Source of the DNA: Candidatus Omnitrophota bacterium
Lineage (GTDB): Bacteria > Omnitrophota > Omnitrophia > Omnitrophales > Aquincolibacteriaceae
Direction of reading: 5' to 3'
Assembly: GCA_043821445.1 (NCBI GenBank)
Contig: JBDRCT010000003.1
Location: forward strand, 5,440-69,439
Length of the DNA stretch: 64,000 bases
Within the stretch, counting starts at the first letter, position 1; every line of letters begins with the position of its first letter. Positions 49,354 through 58,900 of the stretch are shown piece after piece. A model generated the notes under the pieces. That model made no database searches and had not been told where the DNA came from. It was given only the letters and a program-made list of their open reading frames with translations. The translations under genes were made by a program, and so were the position numbers.

Positions 49354-50555
49354 AGGTATTCAAGCGCTTTCGTCGCGGCCTTCTCCTGGATCTGATGACG
49401 CTCCCCCCAGAAAACATGCTTCCAGGTCCGGACCGTTCCGTCAGGTGACGCAAGACCGATATAAACAAGGCCAACCGGTTTCCGGGAACTTCCACCGCCG
49501 GGCCCGGCAATCCCTGTAATGCCGACGCCGAAATTGGATCCCATGCGGATACGGACCGATTTTGCGAGCAGCGAAGCGACCTCTGCTGAAACCTCCCCGC
49601 GCTCCCGGATGAGTGTTTTCGGAACGCCAAGATCCGTTTTCACGTCCGCATGGTACGTAATCACTCCCCCGCGAAAATAAGCGCTGGCTCCGGAATACGC
49701 CGTAATGCGCGAGGCCAAAAGCCCGCCTGTGCAGCTTTCCGCGACGGCCAGTGTTTGCTTTTTTCTTGTCAGGATCTTTCCGATCACGATGGAAAGAGGC
49801 GTTTCATCCCAGCCGTAAATCCAGTTCTTGAGCCGGGTCGCGATCTTTCTTTTGAGCCGCCCGAGAACAGTGGTTTTCTCCGAAAGAATGCAGATCGCGA
49901 TCTCACCGGCCGAGGGATAGATCCCGAAATCGAACGGATCGTCAAAAAAATCTTTTCCGAGCCTTTTCATCACATCGGGTTCCGAAATACCGACTATTCT
50001 TACGATCAATTTCCGGCTTTTAAAAAGGTTCCCGTACTTCTTTTTCAGGAATGGCAGGACCACGTCAAAATACATGTTTTGAAGCTCCGAAGGAACGCCG
50101 GGAAGCGCGATCACGATCTTGGATCCGGTCTCGACCAAAAATCCGAGCGCGATCCCAAAACGATTAACGAGGGGTTTCGCGTTCTCGGGATAAAAGGCTT
50201 CGCGTTTGACAAGAGGAGGAATGCGTTTACCGTAACGTTTATAGACTTTTTGCAAATGGCTGTACTGCCGGGCTGAAAAAACAAGGGGGACCTTGAAATG
50301 CGCGGCGATACCTTCACGGGTCACATCATCGGGCGTCGGCCCGAGCCCCCCCATCATGATGACCAGATCCACGCGACGGAGCACCTCGCCCAGCCGGAAA
50401 CGGATTGCCTCCATCGAATCCGGGCAGACGCCGTGGGAGATGACCTCGAACCCGAGGCCGGAGAGCTCACGGCCGAGGAATGCGGCATTTGTGTTGACCA
50501 CGCTCCCGCGCAAAACTTCATTGCCGACAGAGAGGATAGCGGCCGTGGGCTTCAT
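49335..50555 (-). CDS. cinA: CinA (competence/damage-inducible; MoCF-like + CinA C-terminal domain)
   Basis: 406 aa. N-terminal MoaB/MogA-like domain ILSVGNEVLRGSVVNTNAAFL. C-terminal CinA domain. Confidence 0.9.
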   Translation of the reverse strand: MKPTAAILSVGNEVLRGSVVNTNAAFLGRELSGLGFEVISHGVCPDSMEAIRFRLGEVLRRVDLVIMMGGLGPTPDDVTREGIAAHFKVPLVFSARQYSHLQKVYKRYGKRIPPLVKREAFYPENAKPLVNRFGIALGFLVETGSKIVIALPGVPSELQNMYFDVVLPFLKKKYGNLFKSRKLIVRIVGISEPDVMKRLGKDFFDDPFDFGIYPSAGEIAICILSEKTTVLGRLKRKIATRLKNWIYGWDETPLSIVIGKILTRKKQTLAVAESCTGGLLASRITAYSGASAYFRGGVITYHADVKTDLGVPKTLIRERGEVSAEVASLLAKSVRIRMGSNFGVGITGIAGPGGGSSRKPVGLVYIGLASPDGTVRTWKHVFWGERHQIQEKAATKALEYLWRKIC

Positions 50556-51565
50556 TTGAAGATCACGAACAGGATAATCCAGGCATAGAGCCCGGCACCG
50601 AGATCATCGGCCATGATACCCCAGTAACGCGGAATACGCTCAAGCGACCGCACGGGGAAAGGTTTAAATACGTCAAAAACGCGAAACAAAACGAACCCCA
50701 AGATCGCAGAAGACCAGGTGATCGGGATCAGCATGAACGTTACGAAAATACCGCAGACTTCGTCGATCACAATGTATTGTGGGTCCGGGTCCGGATCCGT
50801 GATCCGTTCATAAGCCAAAGCGCCCCACACGACAAAAAACACAAAAACCGCCCCGTAAAGCCCGCTACTCCACCGGGTCAGAAAAACTAGAAGAACACCG
50901 AGCAAACTTCCCCACGTCCCGGGAGCCCTCGGAAAGAGCCCCACCCCAGCCGCAAGAACGAACCTGTTGAATGCTTCGGATTCGAAATGAGCCCGTTGGT
51001 TCCAGAGGAACATGCCGCCTGAGATGATCGTCAATGCGACCGTCGTGATCAACAGGACCGGAAGAAGATAATAAAGCATACCCGTCACTACATCGAGCGC
51101 GGGATAAGGGTTCAGAAGTAAATAGGCAAAAGCGATCCACACCGTGACCGTCTGAAAACCGAATTTCAATTTGCCCATCATTTCGGCACCCAAGGACTTC
51201 CCTTCGAGAAGCCACCCGGTCCGGCAGAATGTCACCAGGATCTCACGGATAAAGATCGGAACCACCCACCAGATCGAATAAAAATGGAGGGCCGCAAAAG
51301 CAGCCATCGGCGCTAAGATCAGGATCTTGTCATTAAAAGGATCGATCCACTTGCCAAAGTCGGATTCAAGTTTGTACTGACGGGCGATCCAACCATCGAA
51401 ATAATCGGTGATCGCACCTACGATGAACAAAATAAAAGCCCAAAGATGTCCCGACGGGCTCGGCCGCAGGATCAAGAACGGTAGAGAAAGCCCGATCAGT
51501 CCCCGCGCGATGCTCAGCACGTTCGGGATCAGGAGAGAGTATTTATATTTCGCCCACGAGGTCAT
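50552..51565 (-). CDS. pgsA: PgsA-PgpA fusion: CDP-diacylglycerol--glycerol-3-phosphate 3-phosphatidyltransferase fused to phosphatidylglycerophosphatase A
   Basis: 337 aa. N-terminal CDP-alcohol phosphatidyltransferase motif DYFDGWIARQYKLESDFGKWIDPFNDK. C-terminal PgpA-like motif LFRVFDVFKPFP...YWGIMADDLGAGLYA. Lies upstream of cinA, as pgsA-cinA in Bacillus. Confidence 0.75.
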   Translation of the reverse strand: MTSWAKYKYSLLIPNVLSIARGLIGLSLPFLILRPSPSGHLWAFILFIVGAITDYFDGWIARQYKLESDFGKWIDPFNDKILILAPMAAFAALHFYSIWWVVPIFIREILVTFCRTGWLLEGKSLGAEMMGKLKFGFQTVTVWIAFAYLLLNPYPALDVVTGMLYYLLPVLLITTVALTIISGGMFLWNQRAHFESEAFNRFVLAAGVGLFPRAPGTWGSLLGVLLVFLTRWSSGLYGAVFVFFVVWGALAYERITDPDPDPQYIVIDEVCGIFVTFMLIPITWSSAILGFVLFRVFDVFKPFPVRSLERIPRYWGIMADDLGAGLYAWIILFVIFK

Positions 51566-52874
51566 AGTCTTGTGTATCCGTGATCTTGACGGTGTAAAAT
51601 TTTCCGACTGTTATTTCTTTTGCCGTTCGGATAAGAACACTGCCGTCTACTTCCGGCGCGTCCATGAAGGAACGCCCCGTCCACAAATTTGGATCTTTCT
51701 CATTCTGCGTCTCGACTAGCACCCGGAGCTCTTTGCCGAGATAACGGCGGTTCACTTCCCGCGCGATCTCCTGCTGCAACCGCATGGCCCGGTGATAGCG
51801 CTCTTCTTTGATCTTTTCGGGAACCTGTCCGGAGAATTCCGCGGCTGGGGAACCCTCTTCCTGAGAATACCGGAAAATCCCGAGGCGTTCGAATTTCGTC
51901 TCGCGCATGAAAGTCAGAAGCTCTTCAAAATCTTCTTCCGTCTCGCTCGGGAATCCCACGATAAAACTCGTCCGGATCACCACCCCGGGAATCATGGCCC
52001 GCAACTTCCGTACGAGCTCCGCGGTCTGCTTCTTCGTATTCCCCCGCCGCATAGCTTTGAGTATTTTATCACTAATATGTTGGAGCGGTAAGTCTATGTA
52101 GCGGCAGACCTGTTTTGACTTTGCGACGGCCCGGATGATCTCATCCGTCAGCGTCGAAGGATAAGTGTAAAGAAGACGCACCCACTTGACACCCCGCACC
52201 GTCCCTAAGGCTTCCAAGAGTTGTGGTAAGAGTGACTTGCCGGCATAATCCCATCCGAATCTCGTGATATCCTGACCGATCACGACAAGCTCCTTGGCGC
52301 CTTCGTCTGCCAATTGCTCCGCTTCCCGGACAAGGTCCGCGATGTGACGGGAACGGTAACGTCCGCGTAGCTTGGGGATCACGCAAAAGGAGCACACATG
52401 ATCGCACCCTTCCGAGATCTTAAGATAACGGAAATGAGGAGGCGTCAGAGAGATGCGCGCTTCATCGGCCCCGGCAAGATAACCGGCCTTGTGAACGCTG
52501 ACAAATTTCTTCCCATCCGTGACTTTTTTCAGGACTTCGGCGATTCGCATATAGTCCCCGGAACCGATAAAAGCGTCGACTTCGGGGAATTCTTTCTGGA
52601 GTTCCTCCGCATACCGCTGGACCAGACATCCCACCACGACCACTCCGAGCAGTTTCTTTTTTTTCTTCAGCTCGAGCAGTTTCAGAAGCGCGTCGATCGA
52701 CTCCTGCTTGGCGTCCCGGATGAACCCGCAGGTATTAAGCAGCACCACATCGCTTTTTTTGATATCTTGTGTGATCGAATAATGAGCACCCCGGACCTTC
52801 CCCAGAATGACCTCGCTATCCACGAGCGTCTTGGAACATCCCAAGGACATGATCCCAACTTTGATCTCTTTCAT
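51543..52874 (-). CDS. rimO: ribosomal protein S12 methylthiotransferase RimO (radical SAM MTTase with TRAM domain)
   Basis: 443 aa. N-terminal MTTase domain VGIMSLGCSKTLVDSE. Radical SAM CDHVCSFC. C-terminal TRAM. Confidence 0.75.
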   Translation of the reverse strand: MKEIKVGIMSLGCSKTLVDSEVILGKVRGAHYSITQDIKKSDVVLLNTCGFIRDAKQESIDALLKLLELKKKKKLLGVVVVGCLVQRYAEELQKEFPEVDAFIGSGDYMRIAEVLKKVTDGKKFVSVHKAGYLAGADEARISLTPPHFRYLKISEGCDHVCSFCVIPKLRGRYRSRHIADLVREAEQLADEGAKELVVIGQDITRFGWDYAGKSLLPQLLEALGTVRGVKWVRLLYTYPSTLTDEIIRAVAKSKQVCRYIDLPLQHISDKILKAMRRGNTKKQTAELVRKLRAMIPGVVIRTSFIVGFPSETEEDFEELLTFMRETKFERLGIFRYSQEEGSPAAEFSGQVPEKIKEERYHRAMRLQQEIAREVNRRYLGKELRVLVETQNEKDPNLWTGRSFMDAPEVDGSVLIRTAKEITVGKFYTVKITDTQDYDLVGEI

Positions 52875-52986
52875 TTTAAAAACTCCGTCCGTTTACTGGA
52901 AGACAAAAACAGCGGCATTGTAAGGTTTTTCCGTATGGAATAGGAAGGTTTTTATCAGCTTACGCGCTAGTCTTTTGAGAGATCGT

Positions 52987-55900
52987 TTACGCGGCAGACT
53001 GGATCGCCTGCAACGCCTGCATTGCGATTACCAGCATCTTGCTCAAAGCATCCTGGCTGAACGAACGGAAACCATTTTCATCTTTCTCTCCGTTGAGTAC
53101 TTCCTTGATCGCATCGACCTCGCTCGCGCTCAGGATTCGCTGGGACACGATGGACGCAAGGGTCGAAGTCGCGACCCGGCGGCTCACATCCGTACTATAA
53201 GGCTCCTTGATCATGAGCCCCCTGCCTGTATCCGTCTTGAACACTTTCAAAAATTGATCGGAACCCATAAAGACATAACCCAGTGGCCCTCTGGAAATCG
53301 CCGGCATTGTTTTCATTTTCGAGGTGATAAAATTATTCAGAGCAGTTTCCGGATTATTCTTATCGACCACGATGATATCAAAACGTTTTTCGGCGTTTAA
53401 TTCCTTAAGAGTTTTTGCTAATCGCTGCTCCATTCCCCTCTTTCGTTGCTCTGCTGCCGCAACTTCAGCCGCACCGTCCGCCATCAACACCATAACCTTC
53501 CCTTGCATTTTATTAACCAATGTCCCGAGATCTGCGGGCTCAATGATCGCATCCGCAGGCACGAGCTCAATCTCAAGCCCCTGCTTGTCCATGATTTCAA
53601 TTTGGGTCGTTTTCCCAAATAATGCTCCTGCCAACCCAGTAAAGACATCCCGAATAGCGGTGACCCAACCCGCGGTTTTCGCAGCGCTCGCGTTCGCAAG
53701 TTGCACAATAACATCAGCCATTTGCTCCGCCTTCAACCCGTCATCGAACACCATCCCCGCCACCGCCGCTACAATGACCGGCCCTTTCGCTCCCTGAACC
53801 TCCAGATTATTCACTGCCTCGACATTTGGCCCAATTTTAGCCTGCTCGACAACCAACATATCAGCAGGTGAGATTGCTTCACGAACGACCCTCATCTCGG
53901 AGCGTTGAGTTCCCGGCTCAGCTCCCGGAGATTCGGTTTCAAGGCGCTTTCCAACGGCCTTGAGTTCAGCCGCAACACGAGTTTTTTCGATTTTTGCTGC
54001 TTCAGCTTCGCGCACCTCAGAACGTTTCTCCGTCCCAGGCGCTCCACCCGGCATCTGATCGGTAAATTCCCTTTCAACAAAATCGTTCAACTTATCGATG
54101 CTGACTTCCTCCAGATCCCTGAAGGTCGCGAACATCTTCCTGGCCCCTTCCGCCCAGGATTCCTTTACTTTGGGCGGCTCACTCTCCCAAATAGCCAACA
54201 AGTCACTCACCGTCCTCCAGCGGGCATACTCATTTTCTCCCCTCCCGCCGTTCATCTTGAACCGGTCATAAATGGCGCCGGGATTGGCTTCCAAAACATA
54301 TTTTTGTATCGGGATGTACTTACCCTTAATTCCTGACAAGACCGCGAACCCTTTTTGCTGCGCCAGCCCCAACGCAACACAGAGAAGTGCTAATCCCGGA
54401 TGGAGCCCAATGCGCTGCGGAAAGGTCTCCCGAATCTGTTCCTTTTGATTAAGCCCGCCCGTGATCACAGCCACTCTCAATGCTTCACCGTTCTCTGCCT
54501 GCTGAGTATCAACGCCGATGCGATAGATCCATTGGGTCCTCTCACCTATCGCCTCCCCGATGGCTATGAGAACCCCGGAGGAGCCTTTCCCGAAGCCATA
54601 GCGCATTTCGATCAAGTAGGGTGTGCCACTGATACGCGCGATCTGTACGGATTGACGTCTCCGGAACTCCGGAGCGAACATCTGTTCCATTTTTTTCATA
54701 TTCTGTGTCGCCAAAACTAATTTTGTTTTGCTATCAAGTCCCGGCGGCAGATTGTAAAAAAACCGCCCTTGAGGATTCTGATCGATACGATATTGGCTCA
54801 AATAGGTCCTGAAAAAATCCTCGAAAACTTCGGCGGGAACGTTCCGCGGCACGACCTGGTTCTCCATCATCCACTCGAACAAGCTCCCGGTCTGCTTCTC
54901 TTCGATCTCCATGCTTTCCCGGAGCTTTTGGGACAAAAGCTTTAGCAGCTCATCGCAGGGTTTTTTTGTGAATGCCCGGATCCTGAAAATATAGTCCAGG
55001 GTTTGTTGGACCAGATCGAGCCTAAGCGGCTCACCCGCCGAAGGACTCAAAAGCCATGAAGCAATCTCATTCGCCTTCTCGTTCGAAAGGATCTGCCGTT
55101 TCTTGACGGAAACCGTCAGATACCCCAAAATATCCTCCCGCGTCTCGGAGCGAGCTGAAGGTATGGCCTCTTTAAGATGACCTGCGAGAGACTCCAAATA
55201 GGCTTCATCCACTTGCGGACCGACCCAATCGGGAGACTTTGTGAGATAGACTTTAGGATCGGGCTGGAGACCGTAGCGGTTCAGGAAATCCAAAAGCGGT
55301 GTGCTTTGTTTCCCGAAGTTATTTGGGTCGGTGTGATACCCTGCAGTTCCTAGTTCCTTTCTCATGTTCACCGTAATCCACTCCGGCGGCGACTCTTGGA
55401 GCGAATAAGCGTCAGCACAAACGGTCACGAATGTTTCGGTTCCAAAGATCTTCCCGGCCAGTTGATCCAGCTCCTTACCCTTCAGTTCAACGATCACAGG
55501 CCTGAACCACCATCCTATCTTTTGCATCGTCCAAATACGAATCGCCACAGGGCCCAGGATCTTTTCTGATGGCGGAACATGGACAAAATAAGTGATAAGT
55601 CCTTCGCGTAAAGCACGCGACCCCCAGTTCCCTTCGTTAATGGGTACTAAATATTGCTGCGTCCACGTTCCAACATCCGGATGGGCGTCAAAATTCACCA
55701 GGATCGGCAAAGCGGGGTTGGCCTCCCCCCGTTGTTTTCTCTCGCGGAACCGCTCCCGGAGATAATCTAAGACCCCGTCATGGGTCTCGATCGTGACCAC
55801 TTCTGTCCCAACTTTCGTCAGGACTCCTTTTCGCATTTCGGAGCGGGAAACGGGCTTTTCAGCAATGAGTTCGGAATAAGGCACGCGACGGCCGCCGAGT

Positions 55901-58900
55901 TCGTCTAGGGATTGTCTGGCTTTTTCGCGCTGAGCCTTGTAGAAAAGAAAAAGAAGCGCGGGAGCTTTGGCGGGGTTGAATCTGGCAATCTTACCGTATT
56001 TCCCTTCGTCCACGTCCATGGCCTTTTCGAGATCTTCCGGGGAAACCGCCTTTACCACATCCGAAAGCCACGCCGCCATCTTCATAACATTATCGATCTT
56101 TTGAAGAGGAGTGAGTTGAGAAGCGAGTCCGTTGAGACGCTCCAGGTCTGCTTGCTGGGCAATGATCAACAGAAGTATGGGAGATGTCGTTTCCGGAGTA
56201 CCCGGGATTTTTTTAAGTTCCTCTTCTAACTTCAACCCCGCCTTGTCAAATGTTTCGATGGTGGTGGGCGGACCACGATTCCTTTGGACATCCCCATGAA
56301 AAACTTCCACTATTTCGTCCGGGGCCACCCGGAAGATGATCTCTCCCCTTTCAAGCATCTCTGGGACCGTCTCTTCATCTTTGACCCCAAAAAGTTCGCG
56401 GGCGCTCCCGGAAACGGCTGTAATGGCCTGATCTCCGCCTTTATAGCCAACCCCGTCCATGTTTTGATATTCATGGAAGGCTCTCGGGATCGCCTGTCCC
56501 TTGTAACCCAGAACAATGAGGTGTCTCGTTTCCTTAATATCAACTTTCCGCGCTGCCTCCTGTCCCGCTCCTTCGGTTAAGAGACCTGTAAGGGTGTCGA
56601 TGATCTTCGGGTCCCTTTTTTCAGAGCTCGATGCCCGTTCTGCGAGCTTTTTCGACACCTCTTCGATCTTGTCCCGAGTCACTTCCTTTTTAACAAAAAT
56701 CCCGACTTTCACCTGATTCCTTTTCTTTTTAGCTTCCGAAAGTGCGTCATTGGCCAGCCACATCGCGCACTCATCAAAAAGTTCTATGCGCTCAGGCCTT
56801 AAAGTTTCTACGTCATCCTTTATATAAGTCCAATAATTGCCGCCGTCCTCGTGCTTAACGTCTTTCATCACCTCTTTAAAATAGTCCAGCACCCCGGACT
56901 GTTCCGGGAATTCAGGGTTCCCGGCAGCAGGAGCCGCTCCGATAGAAATAGTGAGAAATCCCCATTTTTGGGGAGTTGCGTTTTCAGATTGGATCTTTTC
57001 AAATCGGATCTCGTGAAGCTGATCGCCTTCCAGATTCAGTTTCGTATGAAGATCTCGCAAAAAGTCCTGCCATTTTCCCTCAGCATCTAACTTCCTCCGA
57101 TCGACACGGATGTATGTGCTCCCCGCATAAAGCACTGCGCTAAGTACGGAAGCATATTCTTTTGATTCGAAAATCTTCGCTTCATTTTCAGTAAGCGTTT
57201 TCTCCACTTCTAAAACCGCATAGCGTCCAAAAAATTCTTCATTGAGGTCTCGCAGGAAATTCTCCAGATCTTCTTGGGTAACTTTCCTTGCGGGAACGAA
57301 TATGATTTCATCGCCTCCAACACCCCGGTAAACTTCTAGGCCATATTTTTTGGCGATCACAAGTATCGTTTTCCGGTAATCGAGAACGGGTGAGTCTTTG
57401 GGCGTGATAAGATGCTCACCCGATCTTTCCAGGCTCATGACCCCCACGATGCCTTTCCCGCCGAGTGCGAGATTCTTGGCGCCGATCTTATCGAAATCCG
57501 ACATATAAAAACGGAAATTTTGAAGATCCGTCACACTTGGGTGTGCCCGCAGATATTTCAAACGTTGTTCCTTTCCGTCGTCCTGTGTTCCCCAGCCGTC
57601 CGATGATTTGAAAGCGTCCGGTTCAACACGAATTCCCAATTTTTCAGCTGTCTCAGGCGTCAATCGCGTGCTTGCGGGAATGGTAACCGTTTCAATTTCT
57701 CCGGTTTCCGAATTCCGGTGCGTGATCTTGAGGCCACCCTCTACTGCTACCTGGAGGTTCAGCAAATCTGCTACTGCCGCTTTGTGACTTGTCGGCGGAC
57801 TCGAATAGACATCGACAGCGCCGCCTTCTCTCATGGCCACTTCCAGCCCCCGAAGCTGCTCATTGATCTCGTCGATCTTCTCCTGTGTTATTTTCTCTGT
57901 CCGCATCTCGGAGCGTGGGAAAGCCATCAAAGCCGTTGCCGGTGTTTGCTGGGTGAACCGGTCCCCGGTATCGCCGCCATCAACAAAAAGAGCCTCCTTG
58001 ATGTCATAGGTGGTGTGCCAGTTTTCTAATGCCTCTATAAGCTTAGCCGTGGTCGGTCCCGTCCAACCAAAAATATCCCAGCCAAAAATATCCAGAGTGT
58101 GGACCCTTCCGCTTGGATCTACCCCCACAACGCTTTTCCGGCCTGAGAAAATACTTTTATGCCAATTCTCAATATTAGGATTCAAATTTCCTTCCGTGAT
58201 AGCCATGGGACCGGCCTGAAAACCTTGCGCCCATTGCTCTTTCGGGTAATTCTCCGGACGAAAGCCTTCTGCTGGCCTGATAAGCACGTCTCCGTTCCTG
58301 TTCAGTAGAAAAATTCCTTTCAACATGGCTGATCCGTTTTCTATGAATGCCCTATCCTGAGCATCCTCGCTCAACCGGAACCACCCTATGGCTCTCCTGC
58401 TTATCTCCCTAAAAGGATTGGCGTTCGAGACGTAGGTCCACCCCTCAGCCAGCAGTTGTTTGATATCCTTCCGTTCCACAATGCGGAACTCATATTTTTT
58501 GGGATCGAATTCGCGGGTCCCTTCGCTACTCCAATGATCGACCGTTGCCTTCTGTGCCACCCCAATCCCAAGAGACAAACCAAGAGCCCCCAGCAACAAG
58601 TTCCGCCTTGAGAAGATTTGAACCTCTTCCTGCCGCATCTCGGAACGCCCCTTGCCTTTGGGCGTGGCAGCTTTTCCGGCTTTTGCTTTTTGTGGACTGG
58701 GTTTCACGGTTTTCGGAGGGGTCTTTAAAATAGGATCCAGTTGTCGCGCGTACTGATTGAGCTCTGGGGTCAACCGTTCTACGGTATCTTTCGCATCGCG
58801 AACGGCCTTTGCCGCCTCGTTTTTGATCATTTCCCATTCGGCCGCCGTGTACCCTTTGTTGGAATAACCTTCCAGTTTTTTAAGCATTCGGCCGGCCTCA

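Noticed and set aside
52875-52986. Possible terminator between the giant ORF stop and rimO.
   Set aside because: No convincing stem-loop plus U-tract found. ccgtatggaatagg is not paired with a complementary arm.
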